From positions 558,001 to 622,000 of the forward strand of contig NW_027140807.1 of the NCBI RefSeq assembly GCF_036365525.1: a stretch of DNA of 64,000 bases. Direction: 5' to 3'. This document shows, piece after piece, positions 63,506 to 64,000 of this stretch (position 1 is the first letter of the stretch; each line of letters begins with the position of its first letter). Origin of the DNA: Heterodontus francisci (lineage: Eukaryota). The notes under the pieces are model-generated. The model saw only the letters and a list, made by a program, of their open reading frames with translations. It made no database searches and was not told the DNA's origin. The translations under genes and the position numbers were made by a program.

Positions 63506-64000
63506 GGTTTTTGTTGAACTGCTCCAACTCTCTGAGTCACTGTAATCTCTCCAGGTACAGAAATACACTGCCGTGTGATTCTTCCGCAGGCTGGAGGGCT
63601 CCAGATTGAACTGGGAGCTAGTCAGTCTCTCGGCGGTGAAACCGTCCACCGCCTTCTCCGGATTTATGTGATCAGTACCTGTGGAGTAAAACATAAACTG
63701 TGGCTCCTTCCCCGGGTATTGTCTGTACCAGAACATGTCAGGGTTACTGCTGCCCTGCACGGTGCATTTCAGCTTCACCTGCTGCTCAGAAAATTTGGAG
63801 ACAGCGGCGGGAGTCTGGTGGATAGTCTGTGTGTTCACATCTGGGAAAGAGACATGGAGAGGAGGAGATCAGTAAACAGGGAACTTCAGTCCAGTGGGAG
63901 AGAGAAAGAGAGAAATAAATAAATAAAAACATCACCTAAAGAAATGTTAAGTAGAATTATTGTTTCAATAAAATGCCTTACGGTGAAACAGGTTGATCAG
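63506..64000 (-). CDS. TRBV: TRBV gene V12 (TRBV30-like): V exon 63545-63840 open, leader cut by window end (63982-64000), RSS heptamer TACAGTG
   Basis: TQTIHQ...CTVQGSSNP...WYRQ...YFCTWRD; TACAGTG-23bp-ACAAAAACC. Confidence 0.9.

Noticed and set aside
272-64000. Assignment as TRD, TRG, IgH or IgNAR/NAR-TCR locus
   Set aside because: V-23 / 12-D-23 / 12-J with a single D, FGxG J segments including NTEAYFG, and CAWS/CAAS V ends fit TRB; no WGxG J, no tandem D pairs, no RSS-less supporting V seen. The C exon is not in the window, so the call rests on these features

Overview
This is eukaryotic DNA: part of a T-cell receptor beta (TRB) locus on the minus strand, most likely from a cartilaginous fish (shark-type CR1/RTE/SINE repeats and V sequences; species not determinable). 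From left to right it holds five J segments with 12-bp-spacer RSS (272-3231), one D segment with 12-RSS and 23-RSS (3614-3626), a >=10 kb 44-bp satellite abutting D and ending in an assembly gap, and a ~9 kb repeat-rich spacer with a near-consensus CTCF motif. It then carries 12 recognisable leader+V+23-RSS genes (22.7-64 kb) in about five families, plus V relics and orphan leaders. All segments share one orientation (deletional joining); the C region lies outside the window. Many V genes resemble mammalian TRBV30 (SQTI.Q...CTVEG...CAWS). Two V genes have in-frame stops, one has a TAC heptamer, one lacks the conserved Trp, and one is split by a young CR1 LINE with an intact ORF2. The most unusual signal is a 19-copy 45-bp tandem array of CTCF-consensus motifs directly downstream of one V RSS (47989-48836); the two paralogous V genes carry a single copy. 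Most long ORFs in the supplied track are satellite or microsatellite artefacts.
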